Source: Candidatus Omnitrophota bacterium (GTDB taxonomy: Bacteria; Omnitrophota; Gorgyraeia; Gygaellales; Profunditerraquicolaceae). From it: a DNA stretch of 56,000 nucleotides. This document shows positions 11,263 through 21,183 of the stretch, piece after piece (the first letter of the stretch is position 1; every line of letters begins with the position of its first letter). The stretch is from the NCBI GenBank assembly GCA_003598135.1, contig QZKA01000004.1, positions 1 to 56,000 of the forward strand. Reading direction: 5' to 3'. Below the pieces are notes generated by a model, which saw only the letters and a list, made by a program, of their open reading frames with translations, was not told the origin of the DNA and did no database searches. The translations under genes and the position numbers were made by a program.

Positions 11263-12993
11263 GTGTATACGTCCAATTACAACCGCAGGGCAAAAGCGGT
11301 ATTCTTTATCTTTGTCATTTTCTTTTTGATTTGTAGTGCCCGCCTTTTCTTCGTTCAATGCTTTCATTCCGAATATCTCAAGAGCCTTGCCAACAGGCAG
11401 CATAATCTACTGGTTGAGCTTGAGCCCCGCAGGGGCACTATTTTTGATGCGAACCTAAGGCCGCAGGCAGTCAATCTGGCAGTTGATTCTCTTTATGCCT
11501 GTCCTATTGAACTCTCCGAGATAGAAAAAGAAGATATCGTAAGAAAACTGCCACCCGTCTTAGCCGTTAGCCGTTCATTCTTGGAAGAAAGGTTATCAAG
11601 AAAAAAATATTTTGTCTGGCTTGCGAGGAAGTTGACGACTGCGCAGGCAGAAGCGATAAAACAGCTTAAGCTTAGAGGGTTGGGGTTCATCAAAGAGAGT
11701 AAGCGTAGTTATCCAAACAACTATCTTGCCAGCCATCTCATCGGGTTCGCGGGCCTCGATAATAGAGGGCTTGAAGACATAGAGCTTTATTACGATAAGT
11801 ATTTACGGGGTGAAGCTGGATGGGCGCTTGTGTTGCGTGATGCGCGGCAAAACAGGCTTAATTTTTATGAAAATATGATGCAGCCGAAAGACGGCTATGA
11901 TTTGGTGCTGACGATAGACGAAGTGATCCAGTATATTGCCGAGCGCGAACTGGACAAGGCCTACACTATGTATTATGCCAAAGGCGCCAGCATTGTGGTG
12001 CTGGAGCCGGATACCGGAAAGGTGCTGGCATTGGCTAATCGGCCTTCGGTTGACCTTAACACCTATGCCACCAGCACGACGGATTTGTTGCGCAACCGCG
12101 CTATCTGCGATTTATTTGAGCCGGGGTCGGTCTTCAAGATTGTTACTGCTTCTGCCGCCCTTGAAGAGGGTAAGTTTACCGAGGAAGATAAGATTTTTTG
12201 TGAGAATGGTTCATATAAATTAGCTAATCATATCCTGCACGACCATAGGCCTCACGGTATGTTGACATTCAGGGAGGTTATTGAACAGTCCAGCAATATC
12301 GGCGTCAGCAAAATTGCCCAGGCGCTCGGAAGCGACACGATTTACAAATACATAAGGCTATTCGGTTTCGGTTCAAAAGCCGGGATTGATTTACCTGGAG
12401 AAATTGTCGGCATGATAAAGGAGCCTCGTCAGTGGTCTAAAACTTCTATAGGGGCTGTTCCTATGGGGCAGGAGGTCGGCGTTACCGCGTTACAGCTTGC
12501 ATCGGCGATTTCCGCCATTGCAAACGGCGGCCTTTTGATGAAGCCGTATGTCGTAGAGGAAATCCGGGACAAGAGCGGCCAGCCCATTAAGCAGTTTTCT
12601 CCTGTTGAGGTGCGCAGGGTGATCTCTGAAGAGACTGCAGCAAGAATCAGGAGCATACTGACGGGTGTTGTTGAGAACGGGACCGGAAAGTTGGCTAAGT
12701 TCGGCGATTGTTCTGTTGCGGGCAAAACCGGCACTGCCCAGAAAATCGAGGCAAACGGGACCTATTCACACGATAAATTTTACGCTTCATTCATCGGATT
12801 TGCGCCCGCAGATAAGCCTGTCGTTGCGATAGTGGTAGTGCTTGATGAGCCGCGCCCGTATTATTTCGGAGGCGTGGTTGCCGCGCCCGTATTCAAAAAC
12901 GTGGCGCGCGATGCGTTGCGGTATCTCAAAAGTAATCAAATGTTTTTCGCAAACAATACCTTGGTGTTCAATGACGCTGGCAGAACTCATTAA
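11263..12993 (+). CDS. ftsI: Class B penicillin-binding protein FtsI/PBP3
   Basis: EPGSVFK (SxxK), SSN, GKTGTAQK; dcw position; GTG start. Confidence 0.92.
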   Translation: MYTSNYNRRAKAVFFIFVIFFLICSARLFFVQCFHSEYLKSLANRQHNLLVELEPRRGTIFDANLRPQAVNLAVDSLYACPIELSEIEKEDIVRKLPPVLAVSRSFLEERLSRKKYFVWLARKLTTAQAEAIKQLKLRGLGFIKESKRSYPNNYLASHLIGFAGLDNRGLEDIELYYDKYLRGEAGWALVLRDARQNRLNFYENMMQPKDGYDLVLTIDEVIQYIAERELDKAYTMYYAKGASIVVLEPDTGKVLALANRPSVDLNTYATSTTDLLRNRAICDLFEPGSVFKIVTASAALEEGKFTEEDKIFCENGSYKLANHILHDHRPHGMLTFREVIEQSSNIGVSKIAQALGSDTIYKYIRLFGFGSKAGIDLPGEIVGMIKEPRQWSKTSIGAVPMGQEVGVTALQLASAISAIANGGLLMKPYVVEEIRDKSGQPIKQFSPVEVRRVISEETAARIRSILTGVVENGTGKLAKFGDCSVAGKTGTAQKIEANGTYSHDKFYASFIGFAPADKPVVAIVVVLDEPRPYYFGGVVAAPVFKNVARDALRYLKSNQMFFANNTLVFNDAGRTH

Positions 12994-14437
12994 ATCCATA
13001 CAGGGATACCGGCTTTATTCCGGCCTGGTTGATTTTGAAGTGAAGGGCATCAGTTGTAATTCTTCTCAGGTTGCCCCCCAATTTCTTTTTGTTGCGATAA
13101 AAGGAAACAAACAAGACGGCCACGCATTTATCAAGGAGGCGGTTGCAAAGGGGGCAGGCGCAATACTGCTTCAGGATGAAGCATTCGGACTGCCGTTTAA
13201 AGAGAAAGTGGCTATTATTCAGGTAAACGACAGCCGCCACGCACTGGCCCGGCTGGCTGCACTTTTTTATGGTGAGCCTTCTGGCGCACTCAAAGTAGTC
13301 GGGATTACAGGGACGAACGGAAAAACCACAATCGCTTACCTCGGGGAAGCCATAACCAGGGAAGCAGGATTATTATCTGGGGTGGTCGGTACGGTTGAGT
13401 ACCGTTTTGGGTCGCACACATTCCCTTCGAAAAATACTACTCCCGGTCCGCTTGAGCTTGAGTCTTTGCTTCATGGTATGGTGCAGGAGGGAGTGCAGTA
13501 TTGCTTCATGGAGGTTTCTTCCCATGCGCTTGACCAGGGCAGGACCGAGGGGATATCTTTTTCTTCGGCGATTTTTACCAATGTCACCCAGGATCACCTG
13601 GATTACCACGGTACGCTGGAAAATTATTTTCAGGCAAAGGCAAAGTTATTTACGGGTTTGGACGGGCATTCCTTTGTAGTAATCAATAATGATAATAGTT
13701 ATGGGAAAAGGCTGCTTGGTTTAATCCAGTGCCGCGCAGTGACCTATGGGATAGAAGAGCATTCGGATGTGATGGCGGCAATTACCCGCATGAATTTAAC
13801 CCATACTGAATTTACGTTGACACACAAAAACATAAAGGTTCCGGTACGCACGAAACTCATCGGTTGCCATAATGTATATAATATACTCGCATCGTGCGCC
13901 TGGGCTTTTAAGGAAGGGCTAAAGTCGGAAGTTGTTGTTTCTGCGATTGAGCGTTTTGATTCGGTCCCGGGTCGGCTCGAGAGAATAGATGCGGGAGGGG
14001 ATTTTTTCGTTTTTGTCGATTACGCACATACCGAGGATGCGCTCTTAAACGTGATACAGACGCTCAGGCAGGTCTCAAACGCAAAGATCATCGTAGTATT
14101 CGGTTGCGGGGGAGAGCGGGATACTACCAAAAGGCCGAAGATGGGCCGCGTGGTGACGGAGCTGGCAGATTATGCGGTTATTACCAGCGATAATCCCCGT
14201 TCCGAGGACCCGGATGGAATTATCAGTGATATAAAAAATGGCATTTCAAAAAATAATTATACGGTCGAAGTTGACCGTTATGCGGCAATTAAAAAGGCAG
14301 TCTCTCTTATTGAGCCGGGCAATATTCTGCTGGTGGCAGGAAAAGGCCATGAGAATAGCCAGATACTTAAAACCGGACCCGTTCCTTTTGATGACCGTGA
14401 GGTTGTAAAAGAATGTTTACGCTTGAAGAAATTCTAA
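12971..14437 (+). CDS. murE: UDP-MurNAc-tripeptide synthetase (meso-DAP type)
   Basis: GTNGKTT, VDYAHT, DNPR, AGKGHE; start trimmed to ATG 12971. Confidence 0.95.
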   Translation: MTLAELIKSIQGYRLYSGLVDFEVKGISCNSSQVAPQFLFVAIKGNKQDGHAFIKEAVAKGAGAILLQDEAFGLPFKEKVAIIQVNDSRHALARLAALFYGEPSGALKVVGITGTNGKTTIAYLGEAITREAGLLSGVVGTVEYRFGSHTFPSKNTTPGPLELESLLHGMVQEGVQYCFMEVSSHALDQGRTEGISFSSAIFTNVTQDHLDYHGTLENYFQAKAKLFTGLDGHSFVVINNDNSYGKRLLGLIQCRAVTYGIEEHSDVMAAITRMNLTHTEFTLTHKNIKVPVRTKLIGCHNVYNILASCAWAFKEGLKSEVVVSAIERFDSVPGRLERIDAGGDFFVFVDYAHTEDALLNVIQTLRQVSNAKIIVVFGCGGERDTTKRPKMGRVVTELADYAVITSDNPRSEDPDGIISDIKNGISKNNYTVEVDRYAAIKKAVSLIEPGNILLVAGKGHENSQILKTGPVPFDDREVVKECLRLKKF

Positions 14438-15795
14438 AAGCGACAGGCGGTACTCTCTTCGAAAAACCAAAGAAATTCCTTGCCGGCGCCATCTCCATTG
14501 ATTCTAGGGCGCTTGTCAAAGGGGATGTTTTTATCGCGATTAAAGGAGAGAGGTTTGATGGCCACGATTTTATAGAACAGGCTGCGCGTAAAGGGGCTTC
14601 ATTGGTAATTATAGACAAGAAGAGGGGTCAGACCTCGCCTTATAAGCGCAGCCTTGCAAAAACAGCAAAAACCGCGGGGGTCCTTGAAGTCAAAGACCCA
14701 GTAGCCTCTTTGGCTGATTTGGCTCGTTTCCAAAGAACGAAATACCCTGTTCCGGTCATCGCAGTAACGGGCAGCAATGGAAAAACGACAACTAAGGAAA
14801 TGATAAGTCACCTTCTTTCGTCAGGGCACAGGGTCCTTAAGAACGAAGGGACAAAGAACAATAATATCGGGCTGCCTCTGACACTGCTTAAACTCGATGC
14901 TTCCTTTGACAGCGCGGTGGTTGAAATAGGCACAAATCATCCGGGAGAGGTGAGACAGCTGGCTGAGATTTGTTTGCCCAATATAGGCGTTATTACCAAT
15001 ATCGGGCCAGCGCACCTTGAGTACTTTGACACGTTGCAGGGCGTGTGTAAAGAAAAGTTTTCTTTAATCAGGAGCCTTACGCATCCACGCATAGCCATTT
15101 TGAATAGAGACGATGTCTGGTTAAAGAAAAGGTTATGCCGCGCCTCAAGAAATTTCTTTGCGGTCTCTTACGGTGTGCGCAATGCTTCTGATTTTTCATG
15201 CAGCAGGGTGGCACTCAAAGGCGGGTCCTTTTCGTTTCTGGTAAACGGAAAATATAAATTTACACTGCCTACAATGGGGTATTATAATATCTATAATGCC
15301 CTGGCAGCTGTGGCGGTAGCGCGTATGTTCGGCATTGGCTATAAAACGATACTTTCAAGAATCGCCGATTTCCGGTTTCCTGCTGGTAGGCTTGCGATGC
15401 GGAAGATCGGCGGAATCAGGTTTATCGATGATACATATAATGCGAATCCGCTTTCCTTCAATGAGGCGCTCAGGGTGCTGGCCGCAACTAGGGTCAAAGG
15501 CAGGAAGATCTGCGTTATGGGTGATATGTTTGAATTGGGGCGGCATAGCCGCGCTTTTCATTCCCGGGCAGGTGAGGCAGCCAGTGCTGCCTGTGATGTG
15601 CTTGTGGCAGTAGGTAGTTTGTGCAGGCATGCGGCAGAAGCGGCGGCCGGCCGCGGACTGGATAAGCAACAAGTCTTTACATGCGCTGATTCGATCCGGG
15701 CGAAAGAAATCTTGCGTAATAAGATAAAGCCCGGGAAAGATGATATTGTGCTCGTGAAAGGTTCGCGCATGATGAAAATGGAGAACGTTTTTTAA
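14413..15795 (+). CDS. murF: UDP-MurNAc-pentapeptide synthetase
   Basis: TGSNGKTTTKE, NNNIGLP, DDTYNANP, VKGSR. Confidence 0.95.
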   Translation: MFTLEEILKATGGTLFEKPKKFLAGAISIDSRALVKGDVFIAIKGERFDGHDFIEQAARKGASLVIIDKKRGQTSPYKRSLAKTAKTAGVLEVKDPVASLADLARFQRTKYPVPVIAVTGSNGKTTTKEMISHLLSSGHRVLKNEGTKNNNIGLPLTLLKLDASFDSAVVEIGTNHPGEVRQLAEICLPNIGVITNIGPAHLEYFDTLQGVCKEKFSLIRSLTHPRIAILNRDDVWLKKRLCRASRNFFAVSYGVRNASDFSCSRVALKGGSFSFLVNGKYKFTLPTMGYYNIYNALAAVAVARMFGIGYKTILSRIADFRFPAGRLAMRKIGGIRFIDDTYNANPLSFNEALRVLAATRVKGRKICVMGDMFELGRHSRAFHSRAGEAASAACDVLVAVGSLCRHAAEAAAGRGLDKQQVFTCADSIRAKEILRNKIKPGKDDIVLVKGSRMMKMENVF

Positions 15796-15798
15796 ACG

Positions 15799-16890
15799 AT
15801 GCTTTACCATTTACTGTATCCTCTAGAGAGCGTAATTTCATTTTTCAATATCTTCAAGTACATTACGTTCCGTGCTGCTATGGCGACGGTCACTGCGTTT
15901 TTTATCAGTATCGTCCTGGGGCCGTTGGTCATCCGTCTGCTCAGGCGTTTTCACATCGGACAGAACGTACGCAAGGAAGACGACAGCCGGCAGCTCTACG
16001 AACTTCATAGCAAAAAACAGGGGACCCCTACCATGGGAGGGGTGCTTATCCTGTTGGCCATAACTCTTTCTACGCTGCTGTGGGCAGACCTTCATAACCG
16101 CTACGTCATTCTGGCGCTCATGGGTACACTCTACCTTGGAGTAGCCGGTTTTCTCGACGATTACCTTAAGTATATACGAAAATGCTCAAAAGGTCTCACC
16201 GCATCCACAAAGATCATCAGCCAGGTGCTATTGGGCCTTATCCTCGGCGCAATACTCTTCCTTGATCCTGAATACAGTACGCAGGTGGATGTCCCGTTTC
16301 TCAAAAATGTTTCGCTCAACCTAGGTATTTTTTATATACTGTTTGTCATCCTGGTGATTGCGGGTTCTTCGAATGCGGTGAACCTTACTGATGGGCTCGA
16401 TGGGCTCGCAGTCGGTATCGTGGTGATGGTTGCCATTGCGTTCAGCGTCATTAGCTACGTATCGGGGAACATAAAATTTAGCCAGTATCTTTTTATACCG
16501 TATATTCCCAGGAGCGGAGAGTTGGCTGTCTTCTGTGGCAGCATCTTGGGTGCGGGATTGGGGTTTTTGTGGTTTAATTGCTATCCTGCGTTGATATTTA
16601 TGGGGGACGTGGGTTCTTTATCGCTGGGAGGCGCACTGGGGATAGTCGCAATTCTGATCAAGAAGGAGCTTTTGCTCCTGCTGGTGGGGGGGATTTTTGT
16701 GCTTGAGGCCCTTTCAGTGATACTTCAGGTTGCGTCGTTTAAACTTACCAAGAAACGTATTTTTAAAATAGCACCATTGCATCATCATTTTCAATTCCAG
16801 GGTTGGCAGGAGAACCAGGTCATCGTGAGATTCTGGATAATCGCCAGCCTCCTGGCCCTCCTGACGATAATTACCTTAAAGATACGCTAA
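15799..16890 (+). CDS. mraY: Phospho-MurNAc-pentapeptide transferase
   Basis: KxGTPTMGG, NAVNLTDGLDGL, FMGDVGS, APLHHHF. Confidence 0.97.
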   Translation: MLYHLLYPLESVISFFNIFKYITFRAAMATVTAFFISIVLGPLVIRLLRRFHIGQNVRKEDDSRQLYELHSKKQGTPTMGGVLILLAITLSTLLWADLHNRYVILALMGTLYLGVAGFLDDYLKYIRKCSKGLTASTKIISQVLLGLILGAILFLDPEYSTQVDVPFLKNVSLNLGIFYILFVILVIAGSSNAVNLTDGLDGLAVGIVVMVAIAFSVISYVSGNIKFSQYLFIPYIPRSGELAVFCGSILGAGLGFLWFNCYPALIFMGDVGSLSLGGALGIVAILIKKELLLLLVGGIFVLEALSVILQVASFKLTKKRIFKIAPLHHHFQFQGWQENQVIVRFWIIASLLALLTIITLKIR

Positions 16891-16956
16891 GGGTAGCCAA
16901 TGCGAAGCTGTCGGAAAGACTTATAATTCAAACACGTTAAGACTGCCCGTTTTTTT

Positions 16957-18240
16957 ATGAAAAACACTGAATATTTTAAAGGAAAAAAAATAACCGTTGT
17001 AGGCCTTGCGCGTTCAGGCAGCGCGTGTGCTGCGCTTCTGTCTTCGCTTGGCGCAGAGGTATATGTTACCGAACTGCAGGACAATGAAGTTACGCGAAGA
17101 AAAGCCTCGGAACTGATTGCCAGGGGTATTCAGGTGGAGCTGGGCCTTCACAGTGAAGGTTTTATAGCGCATAAAGATATGGTGGTGCTTTCCCCGGGCG
17201 TTGAGAATACCGCCCTGCCTGTGGTCTGGGCAGATCAATTTGGTGTTCCCATTGTGAGTGAAATCGAGATCGGCTGGATGGTCTGTCCTGCGCGGATTAT
17301 TGCGGTGACCGGCTCAAATGGCAAGACTACGGTCACTACTTTGATCGGGCAAGTCATTGAGGCAGCTGGAAAAAAGGCTTTAGTGTGCGGGAATATCGGC
17401 ACGCCTTTCACTTCGGTCGTCGCTGCCATGGTGCCAGAGGATTACGTATCTCTTGAGGTGAGCTCTTTTCAACTGGAACGCATACGCACCTTTAGGCCCT
17501 TTATTGCCTGTGTGCTTAATTTTACACGCAACCACCTGGACAGGTACCGTTCTATGGAGGAGTATGTGCAGGCAAAGAAACGCATCGCGATAAATCAGGG
17601 AAAAGGGGATTCCCTGGTATTAAATTATAATGATGAAACAGCCAGGGGCCTGGCAAAAGAGACAAAGGCAGAGGTGATATATTTTTATGAAGGGCAAAAG
17701 CTTAACCCTAACCAGGCAGCAGTCATGGCGGTGGGGTCGATACTGGGCATACGTAAAGATACAATGGAGGAGGTTTTTAAGGGTTTCAAGGGCCTCTCTC
17801 ACCGCATGGAATATGTTGCCCAGATAGCCAATGTTACCTTTGTCAATGATTCCAAGGCGACTACTGCCGATTCGACCCTTTGGGCCTTGAAGAATATACA
17901 GGGCAGGGTAATCCTGATTGCCGGCGGAAAAGACAAAGGGGTTGATTACCGACTTATTCTTGGCGTGGCAAAAGATAAAGTCAAAGAGCTTATTTTGATT
18001 GGCGAGGCTGCGGCAAAAATCGAAACTGCCCTGCGCAATGCCTTCCCCATACAAAAGGCAACAACCCTACAGGAGGCGGTAGAGAAGGCTTATCGTGATG
18101 CAGAGGCAGGAGATTATGTATTGCTTTCTCCGATGTGCTCAAGCTTTGATATGTTTTTAAATTATGAAGAACGGGGAGAGGTATTCAGGGAAGCAGTGAA
18201 AAAATTACTGTCAGCCAACCGGGGGGCGGCCGCTCACTAA
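16957..18240 (+). CDS. murD: UDP-MurNAc-L-Ala:D-Glu ligase
   Basis: GLARSG, TGSNGKTT, EVSSFQLE, NDSKAT, LLSPMCSSFD. Confidence 0.96.
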   Translation: MKNTEYFKGKKITVVGLARSGSACAALLSSLGAEVYVTELQDNEVTRRKASELIARGIQVELGLHSEGFIAHKDMVVLSPGVENTALPVVWADQFGVPIVSEIEIGWMVCPARIIAVTGSNGKTTVTTLIGQVIEAAGKKALVCGNIGTPFTSVVAAMVPEDYVSLEVSSFQLERIRTFRPFIACVLNFTRNHLDRYRSMEEYVQAKKRIAINQGKGDSLVLNYNDETARGLAKETKAEVIYFYEGQKLNPNQAAVMAVGSILGIRKDTMEEVFKGFKGLSHRMEYVAQIANVTFVNDSKATTADSTLWALKNIQGRVILIAGGKDKGVDYRLILGVAKDKVKELILIGEAAAKIETALRNAFPIQKATTLQEAVEKAYRDAEAGDYVLLSPMCSSFDMFLNYEERGEVFREAVKKLLSANRGAAAH

Positions 18241-19331
18241 TGCGTACAGTCCGCATAAAATTATTTATCACAACCGTTGTCCTTATCTGTATTGGTATTG
18301 TGATGATTTACAGCGCCTCTAGTATTTACGCCGCAGAGCGTTATAAAGACGGTGCCTTTTTTTTGAAAAGGCACCTTGTTTTTCTTGTGATAGGTGCGGC
18401 ATTGAGTATGCTTGTTATGAAACTAGACTACATGGTTTTGGGAAGGTTTGCCAAGCCCCTGTTATTATTTTCTTTTTTTCTGCTGGCTCTCGTATTGGTG
18501 CCGGGGATAGGCAGGGAGGTTGCCGGCGCACAACGTTGGTTCAGGTTCAAATTTTTTAGTTTCCAGCCGTCGGAATTGGCAAACCTGGCAATGATTATCT
18601 ACATCGCTGATTTTGTCACACGCAAAACAGAATACATCCGTGATTCGTTGCGGGGGTTTCTGCCCGTCCTTTTTGTGCTAGCTTTTTTGGTTGTGCTCAT
18701 ACTCTTGCAGCCTGATTTAGGGACTGCGTTAGCCATAAGCGCAGTAACTTTTCTTATGCTCTATGTCAGCGGGGTACGGACGCGGTATCTTGCGGGGATA
18801 ATCCTGACATGCCTGCCCGTACTTTTTGTCCTTATATTCAGCGTGCCTTACAGAAGGATGAGGATACTTGCTTTTCTTAATCCCTGGGCAGACCCGCGCA
18901 AGAGTGGTTTTCAGATTATACAATCGCAGCTTGCCCTTGGTTCCGGGGGGCTCTTAGGTGTCGGCCTCGGCCATTCACTGCAGAAGTTGTTTTATCTACC
19001 TGCTGCCCACACAGATTTTATTTTTTCGATCATAGGAGAGGAACTCGGCCTTGTAGGGACGCTGTTAGTAATTTTGCTGTTTATTTTTTTTATACGCCAG
19101 GGGATTAAGATCGTGCAAAGCGCGCAAAATAAATTCGGGTACCTGCTGGCGTTGGGATTACTTTCTATGATTTTACTTAAGGCTGCGGTCAATATCGGAG
19201 TCTCAAGCGGGATACTGCCTACCAAAGGATTGCCTCTGCCTTTTATAAGCTATGGAGGGTCTTCTTTGTTGTTCGATATGGTCAGTGTCGGGCTCCTTTT
19301 GAATATCGGCCGCTCAGGAGAGAGCCCATGA
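18240..19331 (+). CDS. ftsW: SEDS peptidoglycan polymerase FtsW
   Basis: FQPSE, QPDLGT, HTDFIFSIIGEELG, PTKGLPLPFISYGGSS. Confidence 0.95.
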   Translation: MRTVRIKLFITTVVLICIGIVMIYSASSIYAAERYKDGAFFLKRHLVFLVIGAALSMLVMKLDYMVLGRFAKPLLLFSFFLLALVLVPGIGREVAGAQRWFRFKFFSFQPSELANLAMIIYIADFVTRKTEYIRDSLRGFLPVLFVLAFLVVLILLQPDLGTALAISAVTFLMLYVSGVRTRYLAGIILTCLPVLFVLIFSVPYRRMRILAFLNPWADPRKSGFQIIQSQLALGSGGLLGVGLGHSLQKLFYLPAAHTDFIFSIIGEELGLVGTLLVILLFIFFIRQGIKIVQSAQNKFGYLLALGLLSMILLKAAVNIGVSSGILPTKGLPLPFISYGGSSLLFDMVSVGLLLNIGRSGESP

Positions 19332-20416
19332 AGATCTTGATTTTTACCGGCTCTAGCGGCGGCCATATGTTTCCCGCATTCGGCTTTCTCGATGCGCTGC
19401 AGGCAAGGTATCCATTGATAGAGACACTCCTTGTGCTGCCTAAGAAAAGCCTTGGGGAATGGGCCAAAAAGCGAAACTATCCCTACAAGGTTATTGAGGT
19501 AAGCTCTTTCGGGCTGGCGCAGGGAATACGCAATGTGAAGGCGTTCTTGCAGCTGTGCATCAGTTTCCTAAAAGTCATTTTCCTCTTTTTTGCATTCCGT
19601 CCTGCTGCCGTTGTCGGTTTCGGCGGACTAAGTACTGTCCCGGCAATTATGCTGGCGCATTGCCTCGGGATAAAGACATTGATACATGAGCAGAATGTGT
19701 TGCCGGGTCGCGCGAATGGATTTTTAGCGCCTTTTGCCGACGCAATTGCAGTTTCTTTTAAGGAAACCAGCCGATACATGGCGCGTTACGAAAAAAAAAT
19801 TGCCCTGACCGGCCTCCCTTTGCGAAAAGAGCTTACGAGGATCGAAAAGAAAAAGGCGCTGGCATTTTTCGGGCTGGATGATTCCTTTGTCACCATATTG
19901 GTTTTAGGGGGCAGCCAGGGCAGCCATCGTGTCAACATGGCGTTTTTGCAGGCGGTCTCCAGTCTTGTGCGCAAAGACGGTATTCAGGTGATCCATGTCT
20001 CGGGACCGCTTGACCATGCCGTATTGAAGGAGGCCTATGGCAAAGAAGGCATTCCTGCGGGGATTTTCGATTTTCTTGAAAAAATGCAGTTTGCCCTGAG
20101 CGCATGCGATATGGTCGTTTCTCGGGCAGGGGCCAGCACAATCGCAGAACTGATACGTTATGAACTGCCGGCTATACTTATTCCTTATCCCTTTGCGCGC
20201 AAGCACCAGGCTGAGAATGCAAAACACCTTCAGGAAATCGGCGCTGCCTTGTGCATAGAGGAGACAGCATCGCTGGCGAGCGAACTCAAGGATTGTATTG
20301 CTTCACTCGCCAATGATAAAGAACGGTTAATGCGGATGCGTTATGCCTACAGAAAAACAGCGTATCGCGACGGCGGTAATTTATTATCCGAAGCAGTGCT
20401 TTCTTTGTGCCCATGA
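19328..20416 (+). CDS. murG: Lipid II synthase MurG
   Basis: SGGHMFP, HEQN, GGSQGS, SRAGAST, HQAENA. Confidence 0.95.
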   Translation: MKILIFTGSSGGHMFPAFGFLDALQARYPLIETLLVLPKKSLGEWAKKRNYPYKVIEVSSFGLAQGIRNVKAFLQLCISFLKVIFLFFAFRPAAVVGFGGLSTVPAIMLAHCLGIKTLIHEQNVLPGRANGFLAPFADAIAVSFKETSRYMARYEKKIALTGLPLRKELTRIEKKKALAFFGLDDSFVTILVLGGSQGSHRVNMAFLQAVSSLVRKDGIQVIHVSGPLDHAVLKEAYGKEGIPAGIFDFLEKMQFALSACDMVVSRAGASTIAELIRYELPAILIPYPFARKHQAENAKHLQEIGAALCIEETASLASELKDCIASLANDKERLMRMRYAYRKTAYRDGGNLLSEAVLSLCP

Positions 20417-21183
20417 AGAAGATCATGTTTGCGCTGCTCTGCAGCATTGTGCCTGTGGCGGTAAGTGCCGCCCCAAAATGGAACACCGTAAAGAGCACGC
20501 ATTTTATCATTTATTATGCGAAAGCCGAGGATGCGTTTGTGCGTTCCGTCGTTGACTACGCAGAGAAATATTATGAAAAAATTGCTGACAGCCTCGGTTT
20601 TAGGCGGTATAATTTCTGGCTTTGGGACAACCGTGCCAAGATTTATATCCATGAGAACGCTCTAGAATACCAGAAAGAGACAGGGCAACCCAGCTGGTCT
20701 TTAGGTTCGGCTTCTCCCAAAGAGAAGATCATCCATACCTTTTTGCGCGAGGAGGGCTTTCTTGATTCGATTCTTCCGCATGAGCTGGGGCATATCATAT
20801 TCAGGGAATTCGTGGGTTTCGACAACCCGGCTATTCCCTTGTGGTTCGAAGAAGGAGTGGCGTCTTATCAGGAGGCCTCAAAACTAGCCATCGCCAAAGA
20901 GGTGGTGCGGCAGGCGCTCAAAGACGGCAGCTTTCTGAATATAGAAGGCCTTGTAAGGTTCGATGGCAAAAATATTAAAGACGAAAAAGTGGTGAATGTG
21001 TTCTATGCCGAATCGATAAGTATAGTGAATTACCTGATTAAGAAATTCGGCAACGACCGTTTTGTGCTTTTTTGTCAATACCTAAGGGATAAGAAGAATT
21101 TCGAGCGGGCATTGGCTTCCAGTTACCCCATCGCGAATATAAAAGAATTGGAACGCGGCTGGATCGAGGATATCAAGAAATGA
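20413..21183 (+). CDS. Secreted peptidase MA-like zinc metalloprotease
   Basis: Signal peptide; HELGH plus downstream PLWFEEGVASY (gluzincin pattern); 4-nt overlaps with murG and murC. Confidence 0.8.
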   Translation: MKKIMFALLCSIVPVAVSAAPKWNTVKSTHFIIYYAKAEDAFVRSVVDYAEKYYEKIADSLGFRRYNFWLWDNRAKIYIHENALEYQKETGQPSWSLGSASPKEKIIHTFLREEGFLDSILPHELGHIIFREFVGFDNPAIPLWFEEGVASYQEASKLAIAKEVVRQALKDGSFLNIEGLVRFDGKNIKDEKVVNVFYAESISIVNYLIKKFGNDRFVLFCQYLRDKKNFERALASSYPIANIKELERGWIEDIKK

